A DNA stretch of 64,000 nucleotides from Trueperaceae bacterium (GCA_965215565.1 CBDCDZ010000004.1:96001-160000), one strand, 5' to 3'. Positions 19,438 through 29,815 are shown, counted from the stretch's first letter. Made by a program: numbers and translations. The notes: a model not told the origin generated them from the letters alone.

Positions 19438-20043
19438 TTACGTTGCCCGCATCGCCTCAGCCGGGTTGAGATTCCTCACGCGCCTGCCCGGTATGGTGAT
19501 GGCGAGCACAGCAGCGATCAGAATGGTGACCGCAGCCCAAGCGAGGTAGGTGAGGCTCGAGGCGAACACAAACGTGTCGCTGAGCGCTAGACCTTGCAAG
19601 TAGTTGCCATAAAAGGTGTTGATGAAGGGTCCCATCAGGTTAGTCGCGGACATGAGGGCGTTTAAGCTGAACCCGAGCACTGCGCCTAAGGCGAAACCGA
19701 TGAAGGTGGTATAGATAGCCTCCAGCGTCACCATCCGTGCGAGCTGATTCTGATTCAAACCCAAAGAGGTGATGACGCCGAACTCTCTCGTGCGCTCGAT
19801 GACGCTCACGATGACGGTGCTCATGACTGTCACAGCGGCAAAGAGCGCGATCATCAGGACGATGGGAATCATCGACGCGCGTTTGTCTTCAATCACCGCT
19901 AAGAGACCGCCCAAAAGTTCAGAGATAGGGTAAGCTCCAACGTTTTGAGGTAGAACCGACGCGGCATTGACCGCTTCTGCAACCGCTTCTTCATTGCCCT
20001 GCTGCACGTCGAGCGCTACGCCTGTTGCCGTCTCTACACCTGT
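19438..20043 (-). pseudogene. FtsX-like ABC permease, C-terminal fragment
   Basis: SVIERTREFGVITSLG, LEA, NPAEAMR; no N-terminal half or start. Confidence 0.8.
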
Positions 20044-20246
20044 AGCGGTATTGTCCTCGCTGGATTTGAAGATGCAACGGCAGGGCGGCTGCCCGTTTGC
20101 GTCGCCCTCCTCCGGGAGAAGGCTACCTCCAGCTCAAGGCTCTTTTCCGTGCACACTTGAAGCTGCTGTAGCAGCTTCAAGTGTGCGCGCTACTATTACG
20201 AGTTACTAAATGGGCAATAGCACAGAGGGTCTATCCTGCGCGCAGT

Positions 20247-21581
20247 TCACCATTTGAGCCAGCGCTGCCGGTAAAAGTTGGTATAGAAGCCGCCCTTACC
20301 CTTCGCGCCCGTGTCGTACTGATTGCTGTTACACCCGAAGCAGCGCATCTTCCTCGGTTTCACGCTCGTCCCGTTGTAAGCGCGGCCGTAGCGGTCTACC
20401 GAAGCGTTCTTAAAGACAGCGGTATGGAGGTGGGGATAGCCGCTATAACCCGTGAGACCCGCCCGGCCAATCACGACGTAAGGTAAGTTTTTCTTGCTGA
20501 TGAACTTTCCTTTGCGCACGTTGAGACGGCTGAGGTGGGCTGAGCGGTTCGTGTAAGCGTTGCCCCCTACAGTTGTGCGTACGTCTACGAAGATGCCGAG
20601 GCTCCAGTAGTTGTCGTTGCTTTGACCCGCGTACTTCACACGCCCCGGTATGGCGGAGTAGAGCTTTGCGCCGACTTGTAACCCGTAGTCCACAGCGTAG
20701 AACTGCCCGTAGGTTCGTGGCGGATTGGACTTGCAGCCCAGATGATATCTTGGATCATTAAAAAATCCGTTCGTACTCGTGCCCATCCGCGACCAACCCG
20801 GACGATTCGAATAGTAGCTGGCGTCGTTGATCCACTGCGTTTGCCAGCGTAAGCCTCTGGGCTGCAGCGCACAGCCTCTCGCCACCTGCGCCTCTAAAGT
20901 CACGTCCGGTTCGTCGCCTTCCCAGGACGCTTCAGCTAGGGGTGCGCCGTCCGTTCGGCTGTAGTCGAGTTCGACCTCTTTGCCTACCTCCGGCATCCCA
21001 CGTGCTTTCAGGTAGGTCTCCAGGTCAGGTAAGTTGAGTGTTTTAAGAGATTGAACGGGGGGCGTGAACTCGAGCTTGTCGAAAAGCCCCTGCGCCTCCG
21101 CACCGAGTTCTTGCCACACGCCAACGTGATAGACGCGCCCTTCCACCCCGACATAGACCACCGTATACTGCCCTTCGGGTGCGGGTAAGCCGCTGACTGC
21201 AACGCCCACTGCGCCGCCGACCTCGACCTCGGTTTGGTTTAGCTCAAGCTCAGCGTACTCGGCGCGTTTCTCCTCGACCAATTCACCGATTTGCTCAGGC
21301 GTAGCGTCCTCGACGAGAGCGACGCGCAGTTTGGGATGGAACGGATGGAAGTCGTCGCCTTCATTGCGCTCCGCTAAGACGAAGCCGTACGTTCCGTCGG
21401 TGAATTCGTCGTGTTTGACAACCCAGTCTTTCGGCGCGGTGAGGGAGACGCCAACCGTATCATCGGTGACTTCTTGCGTGTTCGGCGTAGCTTTGGCGGG
21501 TGTATCAGTCGCGGCGTCGTTGCCGCAGGCGCTCAAAAAGAGTAAGGCGAGGGCGAGTCCAACATGGCTTAGTTGCTTCAT
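20247..21581 (-). CDS. Lipoprotein M23 metallo-endopeptidase
   Basis: Lipobox LFLSAC; H...YAVDY, SAHLS, GYPHLHT (HxH) in C-terminal domain. Confidence 0.8.
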   Translation of the reverse strand: MKQLSHVGLALALLFLSACGNDAATDTPAKATPNTQEVTDDTVGVSLTAPKDWVVKHDEFTDGTYGFVLAERNEGDDFHPFHPKLRVALVEDATPEQIGELVEEKRAEYAELELNQTEVEVGGAVGVAVSGLPAPEGQYTVVYVGVEGRVYHVGVWQELGAEAQGLFDKLEFTPPVQSLKTLNLPDLETYLKARGMPEVGKEVELDYSRTDGAPLAEASWEGDEPDVTLEAQVARGCALQPRGLRWQTQWINDASYYSNRPGWSRMGTSTNGFFNDPRYHLGCKSNPPRTYGQFYAVDYGLQVGAKLYSAIPGRVKYAGQSNDNYWSLGIFVDVRTTVGGNAYTNRSAHLSRLNVRKGKFISKKNLPYVVIGRAGLTGYSGYPHLHTAVFKNASVDRYGRAYNGTSVKPRKMRCFGCNSNQYDTGAKGKGGFYTNFYRQRWLKW

Positions 21582-21670
21582 AGTCAATTCCTTATAAGGG
21601 GAGAATTGGGTTTGAGTCGCCAGCGTAAAGCAAAGCGGCGACGTAGTTTTGGAGGATAGAAGCGGCGGTC

Positions 21671-23206
21671 TCAACACGCTTTCGCCAGCCTGCCGTTGCT
21701 GCCCGAATAGATGTGAGCGTCGGTGATCCACTTGCCGTTCTTGAGTTTGTTCCAAAGGCGCGTCGTGCCGTAGGGTCCGGTGACGGCTTCGCCCCGTTCC
21801 TGACAGGTGATAACGACGGTGTAGCCGCCGCCGATGGTGCCCACCTTGCTGTAGTTCGTACCGGGACCGCTACGCAGGTTGTAGACGCTGCCGCTCAAGG
21901 TTTTAGCGCGTACGCGGTTGACAGTGGCAGGTCTGGTGTTGAGCTGTCCCAGGTCGCGCTCGATACTACCTACCGTGCTGAACGTTCCGCCGCCCCAAAG
22001 GACGCCGTAGAGGGTTGCCGTTCCCGATTTGCCCCGCTTGAAGATGGGAGAGCCGCTGTCGCCTTTGCCGGACCTGATGTTGGATAGGACCTGGCACAGT
22101 TGGGTCAGTCCGGTGTCGCCGTTCACGTTAAACTGGTTGACGTTGATGCACGTTCTTGTCACCTTGCCCGAGGTCCAACCCGTCGTCCTCCCCACCTTGT
22201 GGAGAATTTCGCCGACGATAGGCGCGTCGGCTTCGCCCGTGATTCTAAAGGAGCCGTTCACGCTCAGCGCGCCGCTGTTGAGGCTCGCCGTCTTAGCGAT
22301 TTTGCCCAAAGCGAAGGCGGAACTTCCTGTATACCGCGCGAACGAACTGTCGCTGTAGCGGCAGCGCCGTCCGGCGGGGCACTTACCGCCGCGGAAATAA
22401 CCGGGGTCTTTCGCCTCCACCCCGATGCGTCTACCGCTCGGCTGGCTATACACCGTACCTTCTGTACCGCCCTGCGTCTTCGTGCAGTGCGAATTGGTGA
22501 TAAAACCCGGCGAGCCTGCGCGCACAACGTGAAATCCCAACGTACAAGCGCCGTTGCCGAAGTTGATCTGAAAGCCCCCTCTCGTTGTATTAGGCGAACT
22601 TCTCAGCCCTAATAGAGGCATAATGGGTTCGGTTTCCTCAAAAAGCACTGCACCCTGGGGAATGCCCGCATCTTGCAAGGTGCGCTCTAGAAGGGCGCGG
22701 TTGGAAAAATCTTCAACGCCAACAACTAAGCGGTTCTGGGCTTCGTCGAGGTCGGTGAAGACGACGCCATCTATCCCCAATACCGAGTCAAGCTGCGCTT
22801 GCCAGGTGAGCAACTGTTCAACCTCATATTGACCCTCCAAGATGTGAATATCAGGCGCAATGTTTTGCGTCTCTAAACCCTCACGCCCCTGCTTGAGGCG
22901 CGCCTCACCCAACACATCTTTAAGCACCGCCAGCGCGTCGTCCCGCTGCGCTTGAGCATTTTGCGTTGTGATCCCAGCGGTGAGGTAGACCGTTAGAACG
23001 CCCTCGTCGTCGAAGAAGAGACCACCGAAGTTGGGTAGACGCTCGGCGATTTGAGCGAGCTGCTCGTCAGGATTGGTGTTCGCTGAGTACGAGGGTGCTT
23101 CGGCTTCATTCTCAGGTTGCGGCGTGGTAGCGCAACTTGCCAGTACGAGCACCAAAGATGTCAAAGCACTCAGGGTCAGCCACGGCTCAGGTAATCGTTG
23201 TCGCAT
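21671..23206 (-). CDS. Lipoprotein S1 (alpha-lytic-like) serine protease with pro-region and C-terminal SH3b-like domain
   Basis: Lipobox VLASC; triad TNSHC, YSDSS, GDSGSP; NLRSGPGTNY; AGGAGG RBS. Confidence 0.85.
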   Translation of the reverse strand: MRQRLPEPWLTLSALTSLVLVLASCATTPQPENEAEAPSYSANTNPDEQLAQIAERLPNFGGLFFDDEGVLTVYLTAGITTQNAQAQRDDALAVLKDVLGEARLKQGREGLETQNIAPDIHILEGQYEVEQLLTWQAQLDSVLGIDGVVFTDLDEAQNRLVVGVEDFSNRALLERTLQDAGIPQGAVLFEETEPIMPLLGLRSSPNTTRGGFQINFGNGACTLGFHVVRAGSPGFITNSHCTKTQGGTEGTVYSQPSGRRIGVEAKDPGYFRGGKCPAGRRCRYSDSSFARYTGSSAFALGKIAKTASLNSGALSVNGSFRITGEADAPIVGEILHKVGRTTGWTSGKVTRTCINVNQFNVNGDTGLTQLCQVLSNIRSGKGDSGSPIFKRGKSGTATLYGVLWGGGTFSTVGSIERDLGQLNTRPATVNRVRAKTLSGSVYNLRSGPGTNYSKVGTIGGGYTVVITCQERGEAVTGPYGTTRLWNKLKNGKWITDAHIYSGSNGRLAKAC

Positions 23207-23282
23207 ATAACCTCCTAAAAGGTTTGGTGCTGAAAGAAATTCGGAGCGGCGTGTGCACTTCAAGTGCACACGCCACGCTTGC

Positions 23283-24053
23283 TCAGCACCAGGGCGCAAC
23301 GCGCTCCCACGTGCCTGTATTGACCCAGGCATCTGAGACCCACTTACCGCTGGCGAGCTTGTCCCAGAGCCTCGAGTACTGGCCGCCGAGTTCGGAGGGT
23401 CCTTTGACCCGCGTACCCCGCTTGTGACAGACGATGCTCACGTTCTGACCGCCCGTCTTCTGCCCGACGACGCGGTAGTTCGTGCCGGGTCCGCTCCGCA
23501 AGTTCACCGTGTAACCCGCCGGAATCGTGCCCGTGGCGTACTGCTTGCCGCCCGACACCTTTCTTACGGCACGTCTGGCTTGTCCTAGATACTGTTTATA
23601 CGCGCCGCTGTTATAGGCGACCCAAGCCGTCCAGTTGCCCCGCTGACGGTAGATGTTGACCGCCGCTTTCGTGTTGCAGGCTGCGTTGTTGAGGCAGCTC
23701 ACTGCATATCTGTGGACACTGTTAATCTGGTAGAGACCTCTATCCACCGTGCCGTTCGCATTGCTGCCGTTAAAGGCGTTCGTACAGAGACCCGACTCGG
23801 CTTTAGCGACCGCGCCCGCTACCGCCCACTGGCTTTTGGGCAGGCGTCCGTCGCGCTTGAGGAGTTCGATAGTTTTCACCATCGAGATACGGTTACATGT
23901 CGCGAGGTTTTCGATGTCGGGCTCGGAGGATGGCGGCGCGACCTGTTGGCTACAGCCCGCGACGAGCGCGAGGAGCAGTGCGGCGATGAGTAGACCCGCT
24001 CTGCGTCTGAAAAGCTCTCGCGACGCTGCTCTATAGACGCCTATACGTCTCAT
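23283..24053 (-). CDS. Lipoprotein lysozyme-like/transglycosylase with C-terminal SH3b-like domain
   Basis: Lipobox LVAGC; AKAESG, DRGLYQIN, WTAWVAY; NLRSGPGTNY. Confidence 0.82.
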   Translation of the reverse strand: MRRIGVYRAASRELFRRRAGLLIAALLLALVAGCSQQVAPPSSEPDIENLATCNRISMVKTIELLKRDGRLPKSQWAVAGAVAKAESGLCTNAFNGSNANGTVDRGLYQINSVHRYAVSCLNNAACNTKAAVNIYRQRGNWTAWVAYNSGAYKQYLGQARRAVRKVSGGKQYATGTIPAGYTVNLRSGPGTNYRVVGQKTGGQNVSIVCHKRGTRVKGPSELGGQYSRLWDKLASGKWVSDAWVNTGTWERVAPWC

Positions 24054-24307
24054 GAGAAATGGATGGGTAAGCGCAAGATGTTAAGTTTTACACATTGACA
24101 GCTCGAGTATCGCCTGCCCTGCGGATAAATTTGCCACTCATGATGAGCTAGCCGTTCCATAAGTATGTCCTCTCCCAAAGATCACTCCAGACGGCGTATA
24201 GAAATATCGAGAGCATAAAGCCAACCGTCCTACACACGGATTCTTAAAACTCGTCCCCCTCTCTGAGATGCGCATCTCGAACGCTCATCAGCTTGCCATA
24301 AGGGGGT

Positions 24308-24346
24308 TGAGAAGCGCCTGAGAAGAGCTGATAAACCCCTGAGTTT
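24308..24346. promoter_or_regulatory. Helically phased direct repeats, candidate regulator binding site
   Basis: TGAGAAG/TGAGAAG/TGATAAA/TGAGTTT at 24308, 24319, 24329, 24340. Confidence 0.4.
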
Positions 24347-24408
24347 GGACTGCTGGACGCTCATCGTCCTCTGATAAAAGACTCACCTTCCGTTGCTAAT
24401 CTGACTTC

Positions 24409-26622
24409 GTGCAACTGAAAACTTTCGGGGGACTGGGCTTAGAGGGGGCGGACTTTCGGCGGGAAACGCCGCTCGTGCTGCTCGTCTACCTCTCGCTCGA
24501 GGGGGAGAAACCGCGTAGGCACGTCGCCGACCTCTTCTGGTCCGACAAAACAAACAAAACACAGCGCCTCAACAACCTCTCGCGGGTGCTCTCCGACCTA
24601 CGTAAATACGCGCCCGGTACGTTCGGGGCGAGCCGTACCCACGTCCGCTCGGAGGTAGGCTGCGACGTGCTCGAGTTCCGCCGCGCCCTGCTAGGGGGCA
24701 ACCACCGGCGGGCAGAAGAACTCTACCGAGGTCCTTTTTTAGAGGGGCACCTGTCTGGTTGGGGCGTCGAACTCGAGGAGTGGATAGACGAGCAGCGCCG
24801 CCTCACGTCCCAGCAAGCCCAAGAGGTTTGTCTCGTATTGGCCGAACAGGAGGCGTCGCGGCGGCACTTTACAGATGGCGCGGCGTGGGCGTGTCACGCC
24901 CATGAACTCAGCGACGTACTCGAGCCGGGCTTATCGAAGCGTTTCTACACCCTCCTCGCCGCCGCCGACCACCCGCTTGCAGGTGTCGTACAGCGCGATA
25001 TGGCGGACTACGACCTCGAGGTGTCTCTGTCAAAAGAAGAGGCGCAGTGGCGGCTCAGCCCGACGTTCGTCGGACGCGAAAGGGAGCGGGCACGGCTGCG
25101 AGGACTCGAGCAGGGCGCTTGGGCGTGGCTCAGAGGGGCCGAGGGCATGGGCAAGACGAGCCTGCTCAAAAGCCTCCCTGGGACCTTTTTACCTGCTCGC
25201 TCGGGCGCTCCCTTTGCGACACTGGAACCCCTGCTAAGTACCGGTGGCGATATTTCTGGGGGAGCGCGGGCACAGCTTCTACAGGAGCTTCGCTGGCGCG
25301 AAGATACCTGGTTGTTCGACGATTGGGAGAAGATGGACGCCGAGAGCCGTGAGCTTTTGGCGAGCCTCCGCAGAGCGAGGCCCCACCTCCGCGTCGTGAT
25401 CGCCGGAGAAGCGCCGCCGCCCTTTGCTGTCGATACTGTTTTGGAGTTGGGACCTCTTTCACCTAGAGCGTTAGAGACTCATCCCGGTGCCTGGGAAAAG
25501 ACGGGTGGACTGCCCAGCCTCGTCCACGCCTACTTGCAAGACGACGCTTTAGAACGTGTGCTAGAGACGCGCCTCGCAGCTTTTTCAGACGAGGTGAGCG
25601 ACGTTTTCTTCAGCCTCGCGCTTCTGGGCGCACCCTGTCCTATCCTGGTACGCCGGGCTCTGGGGTTGGACGCCGCAACGATGACCAGCGCACTCGGTGC
25701 TTTACTGGGCGCACATCTCGTCACCCCGGCGGGGCAGGTCAGAGCCCAGGATACGGCGCGTGCCCTGCTAGCCTCGCAGCCTTCTCGGTTCGGTCCTTTA
25801 GCCCTCAAGCTCGCCCGCTGTTCGGAGCCGCAAGAAGCGTTTGCGCTTTATCAGCAGACTCGAGCGTTCTGGACGCAGGCGGATAAACCCGCTATCCGAC
25901 GCGCCTACGCCGCCTACGCCAACAGCCTCCAACAAGAAGGCCAGGCAGAGCGAGCCGGAGCTATTTTACGTGAGGTGCCACCCGAGGAGGATTTGCTCCT
26001 CGCAGCTTCTTCTGCTGATAACCTCACCGACCAGGATGCGTCTGCTGAGGCTTCTCACGTCATCGAGAAACGCTTTCCGAAGTGGTGGTCTGCTACGCAC
26101 GTCGTTGGGTTTCTGCTCATCGCGCTGTTCAGTTCACGCGGCACTGCCGACGCGGTGACGACAGGCGGGATCATCCTCTCCACCCTGCTCATCTTAGCCG
26201 CGCTTCTCTACTTGGGGTGGCGGCTGGTACGCCTTAGAACATCAGCGGTTAGCTGGTCCGGGGTCGGCGTAGCGGTCGCTGCTGGTGGGGCTCTGGCGCT
26301 CGCCACGTTGAGCCGTTCGGGTCAGCTCGAGAGCCTGATGTGCTTGGGGAGTGTCGCGACGGTTGTAGGAACCGGAGCGACGATAGGTGCGGTTAGAGGC
26401 TCTAAAGCCGGGCTTTGCGGCTCGGGCTTTGCGGCGCTCGGCGCACTTTTTGCAGCCGCGCAACTCTCTTGGGGAATGGATGTCGGACTGCTGAGCGAAC
26501 TCGATATGTCTCTGCTGACGATGCAACTCGTGCTCAGCGTCGGGGCTGCGTTCTGGGGCTACGTCCTCGCGCTTATGATCGTGTCGTCACTTAAATCTAG
26601 GGGACTCTTTGCGACTGGTTAG
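24409..26622 (+). CDS. BTAD/SARP-like regulator with P-loop NTPase and C-terminal multi-pass membrane domain
   Basis: LYRGPFLEG...ELEEWI (BTAD), FVGRERE, GAEGMGKT, LFDDWE; ~170 hydrophobic C-terminal residues. Confidence 0.78.
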   Translation: MQLKTFGGLGLEGADFRRETPLVLLVYLSLEGEKPRRHVADLFWSDKTNKTQRLNNLSRVLSDLRKYAPGTFGASRTHVRSEVGCDVLEFRRALLGGNHRRAEELYRGPFLEGHLSGWGVELEEWIDEQRRLTSQQAQEVCLVLAEQEASRRHFTDGAAWACHAHELSDVLEPGLSKRFYTLLAAADHPLAGVVQRDMADYDLEVSLSKEEAQWRLSPTFVGRERERARLRGLEQGAWAWLRGAEGMGKTSLLKSLPGTFLPARSGAPFATLEPLLSTGGDISGGARAQLLQELRWREDTWLFDDWEKMDAESRELLASLRRARPHLRVVIAGEAPPPFAVDTVLELGPLSPRALETHPGAWEKTGGLPSLVHAYLQDDALERVLETRLAAFSDEVSDVFFSLALLGAPCPILVRRALGLDAATMTSALGALLGAHLVTPAGQVRAQDTARALLASQPSRFGPLALKLARCSEPQEAFALYQQTRAFWTQADKPAIRRAYAAYANSLQQEGQAERAGAILREVPPEEDLLLAASSADNLTDQDASAEASHVIEKRFPKWWSATHVVGFLLIALFSSRGTADAVTTGGIILSTLLILAALLYLGWRLVRLRTSAVSWSGVGVAVAAGGALALATLSRSGQLESLMCLGSVATVVGTGATIGAVRGSKAGLCGSGFAALGALFAAAQLSWGMDVGLLSELDMSLLTMQLVLSVGAAFWGYVLALMIVSSLKSRGLFATG

Positions 26623-26638
26623 CCTATAGGTGTTTAAG

Positions 26639-26793
26639 TAGCAGTTCCACAACATATTGAGACAGTTGAGCGCAGATATCATCCCTTGAAGTGCGTGCTA
26701 GTTACGCAAGTTTGCTGCCTAGCAACATCGTTTTACAAAGTGCGAGTATTTCTGACCAGATGATTGAGCGAAGCTATACGAAGTAACCTGCTA
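26639..26793 (-). mobile_element. MITE-like family A copy
   Basis: Reverse complement of family A; very similar to 34830-34961; 21-nt insert shared with 12062 copy. Confidence 0.8.
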
Positions 26794-26814
26794 AAGGTAC
26801 CGGGCGTGGGCGCG

Positions 26815-27634
26815 TCAGCTTAGGTCCGAACCGAAGCGGCCGAAGTCGAGCGGGGACAACCCGGCAGCGGTCCGCCACGCCCTCAGCGCATCTGCGCACC
26901 TCTGAGCGTGCGTTAAGCCGTCCGTTCCGAGCGCGCGTTCCGAGCGCGCGCAGGTACCGCCCTTCGGCGAACGCCCCCTGGACTAGCGAAGGGCCGCGCA
27001 AGGACGGGCGCATCACCTCGCGCGCCTCGTCCCCACCGTCCGGCACGCCCCACAGCCATACGCCCGCCGCGAGGTACGCATGACCGTCCGCCACGCCGAG
27101 GCGCGGCGCGGTCTCCGGCTTCAGCTCGAGCCCGTCGGCGTAGACTAGGACCTTGTTGCGGTAGATATGCAAGCGGCTCGAGACACGCCGAAAGCTAAAG
27201 GCTTCACGGTGTGCGGTGCGCCCCACAGCGTAGCGCTCCAACGTACCGAAGTGCGCCCCCTCCTCGAGATGAACCTCGGTGCGCTGAGCAAAGTCGGCGT
27301 CTCGGTAAGGAATCACCAACCCAGGGTAGTATTCGAGTTCCGCTCCGCGCTCGACTTGCACCGCGACGCTCTGATACGCCGAGCCGCTCGGCATGGTGTG
27401 GAGTTTCGTCGCCGACTGGTTGACGAGCACGACTTTCGCGCCTGTTCTCACGGAGACCAAAAGGTCGTAGCGGTCCCCTTGCATGATACCCGGACCGACG
27501 TTGAGGAGCTGCAGCAGGGCGCGGCCACCCCCCACCTCGAAGGGACGAAGGACCTTGAGCGGGCTGCCCGCAAACTGCTCCGCGAGGTAGGTCTTACCCG
27601 CTCGCTGGCGGAAGGTCAGCTCGAGCCGACTCAC
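26815..27634 (-). pseudogene. ureD: Urease accessory protein UreD, C-terminus frameshifted by a 13-bp duplication
   Basis: SPLKVLRPF, GPGIMQGD, NQSATKL, PYRDA motifs; GTTCCGAGCGCGC x2 at 26924-26949. Confidence 0.82.
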
Positions 27635-27654
27635 CCGCTCACCTATTAGGACGC

Positions 27655-28269
27655 TCAGGCAGCGACCTCTTCAAACAGTACGTCACGCTTAATCCAGGCG
27701 ATGACCTCGTCCACCCCCGTGCCGTCCTTGAGGTTGGTAAAGACGTGCGGCTTCTCATCCCGCTGCGCCCGCGCGTCGCGGTCCATCACGCTGAGGTCTG
27801 CCCCGACGAGCGGCGCGAGGTCGATTTTGTTGATGATCAAGAGGTCGCTCCGCGTCACACCCGGTCCGCCCTTGCGCGGTACCTTATCGCCACCCGAGAC
27901 GTCCACGACGTAGATGCTCACGTCCACGAGTTCCGGGCTAAACGACGCTGAGAGGTTGTCGCCGCCAGACTCGAGGAAGAGGATGTCCACCTCGGGGTGC
28001 GCCGCGCTCATCTCGTCCACCGCCTCCTGGTTGATAGAGGTGTCCTCGCGGATGGCCGTATGCGGGCAGCCGCCCGTCTGCACACCCCGGATGCGCGCCG
28101 AGGGCAGCGCGCCCGAGCGGTTCAAGAACTCGGCGTCCTCGTACGTGTAGATGTCGTTGGTGATGACCACCAGATCGTACGCCTTTCGCATCCGCTTACA
28201 GAGCGTGTCTAAAAGCGCGGTTTTGCCGGAGCCGACGGGACCACCGATGCCGATTTTGACGGGTTTCAT
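27655..28269 (-). CDS. ureG: Urease accessory GTPase UreG
   Basis: [32 protein letters not shown]. Confidence 0.97.
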   Translation of the reverse strand: MKPVKIGIGGPVGSGKTALLDTLCKRMRKAYDLVVITNDIYTYEDAEFLNRSGALPSARIRGVQTGGCPHTAIREDTSINQEAVDEMSAAHPEVDILFLESGGDNLSASFSPELVDVSIYVVDVSGGDKVPRKGGPGVTRSDLLIINKIDLAPLVGADLSVMDRDARAQRDEKPHVFTNLKDGTGVDEVIAWIKRDVLFEEVAA

Positions 28270-28318
28270 AGATTTTCCTCCTCTTTGAAAGTGCGTTCAG
28301 TAATCATCTAGTATTGGA

Positions 28319-28412
28319 AGGACTGAGTGCTGTTACGTAGTTTCTGCGTAGCAGAGGGACTGAGTAGTTGAAAACCCCCGTAGGGAGAAAAGATTTTACC
28401 TCAGTCCTTTTC
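28319..28412. repeat. Repeat family C copy
   Basis: GGACTGAGTGCTGTTACG...GAGGGACTGAGTA...CTCAGTCC. Confidence 0.65.
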
Positions 28413-28461
28413 TCTTTCCTCTTCTGATTCGAGAAGTTAAGGCAAGCACCTAACGTCATGT

Positions 28462-29103
28462 TCATGATTGGAACAACCTCGAGTACAAAAACGCCTGCTG
28501 ATGCGCCCGAACATCGAGTGCCGGGGTTGCCGAGAAGAGGTTGGCGTGTGGGTCTTCTAGTATGCGCTCCACGGCTTTGACTATGTCCGGTTGCAAACGG
28601 GTCAAAATCTCCTGCGCCTGCTCGGGGCTCAAGGGCATACAGCGCGTAGCTGCCGCTAGGGAAGAGGTCAGGGTGGATTGTGCGAAGGCGAGCAAGAGAG
28701 GTTGGCGCTCAATCTCTAAACGCTGTCCAAGTGCGCCTAAGGCGACAGCGTGATGAGGCTGGGTGAGTTCGAAGTCCAGTACTTGTGGATAGATTCGCGC
28801 CGCGAGCGTGAGGAGGCGTTTGCCGAGTTTGAGGCTGGTGTTTCTCAAGCCCGGAATGGGTTTCCAAGCCGTAACCTCCTGGCAGAGATCATTTAGCGTC
28901 GGTTCATCTTCTGCTGCAAAAGCGAGCGCACACGCCGCTAGGTCTAGGCGTCCGAAACCTAGCTCTAACTGCACGCTCAAGACTTCTTCCAAACCCTCCT
29001 TATCCAGCCCCATCTGCGCGTAGGTCTCCAAACCCGACGAATGCGCGAAGCTGCCGATGGGAAACCCAGAGTCGAAGAGTTGGAGGAGGGCGAGGTGATT
29101 CAT
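28462..29103 (-). CDS. ureF: Urease accessory protein UreF
   Basis: LQLFDSGFPIGSFAHSSGLE, C-terminal RLFQS. Confidence 0.95.
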   Translation of the reverse strand: MNHLALLQLFDSGFPIGSFAHSSGLETYAQMGLDKEGLEEVLSVQLELGFGRLDLAACALAFAAEDEPTLNDLCQEVTAWKPIPGLRNTSLKLGKRLLTLAARIYPQVLDFELTQPHHAVALGALGQRLEIERQPLLLAFAQSTLTSSLAAATRCMPLSPEQAQEILTRLQPDIVKAVERILEDPHANLFSATPALDVRAHQQAFLYSRLFQS

Positions 29104-29128
29104 AGGCTGCTCCAGGGAAGAGGTCCGC

Positions 29129-29458
29129 TTACAGATACTCTACAGTGCCCAACATGTCTTCGGACTCGAGCACAGTGTGAATGAGCATCAACCCACGGAT
29201 AACCTCACCGACGGGTAGCTGCTGAGAACCGTAAACAATGCCTGCGTGATTCGCCCCAGCCGCTGCTAAGCGCAGGAAATCGGCGTCTTGAGTAAACGTG
29301 ACATGTCCCTTCTTTAGCGCGAGTGCCAACTGCTCCTCATCGCTTGCGCCTAGCATATCGGCTTCGGGAACACTGAGGACATCGACGCCGCGCTGCCGTA
29401 GCCCATTGATGAGCGCTCGAGAGATGTTTTCATCGGTGTAATAGCGAATCTCACTCAC
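29129..29458 (-). CDS. DUF5615 PIN-like toxin
   Basis: YTDENI, GASDEEQL, TQDADF, HAGI. Confidence 0.85.
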   Translation of the reverse strand: MSEIRYYTDENISRALINGLRQRGVDVLSVPEADMLGASDEEQLALALKKGHVTFTQDADFLRLAAAGANHAGIVYGSQQLPVGEVIRGLMLIHTVLESEDMLGTVEYL

Positions 29459-29765
29459 GGCGCTGCGAGGACAGCTTCTTCTCTAACGCTGAGGGAGACT
29501 GCTGCTGTAACGCTTTGACAAGAGCAGCCTCCTCACGAATCTGCGCGTTGATCTCATCCTGATGACCAAAGTAGTAAGCCAAAGCTGCGTGGATTTCTGC
29601 CAAGCTCAGAGCGTATTCAGCGCTAATCTCATCGACGCTTTTGCCCATGCGTTCATACCAGATGACGATGTTTTGTACAGTGATTCGGTGACCCGTGATG
29701 CGAGGTTTCCCGCCGACGATACCGGGGGTGATGTCGATATACTTGTCAAGGACAGGAACGGTCAT
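29451..29765 (-). CDS. DUF433 antitoxin
   Basis: TPGIVGGKPRITGHRITVQNIV, EIHAALAYY; TATACT 5 nt before ATG. Confidence 0.9.
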   Translation of the reverse strand: MTVPVLDKYIDITPGIVGGKPRITGHRITVQNIVIWYERMGKSVDEISAEYALSLAEIHAALAYYFGHQDEINAQIREEAALVKALQQQSPSALEKKLSSQRRE

Positions 29766-29815
29766 GGTTGAGTATAGCAGTTGGTGCATTGCCTTTCGTT
29801 TGAGCTTACAGATGT

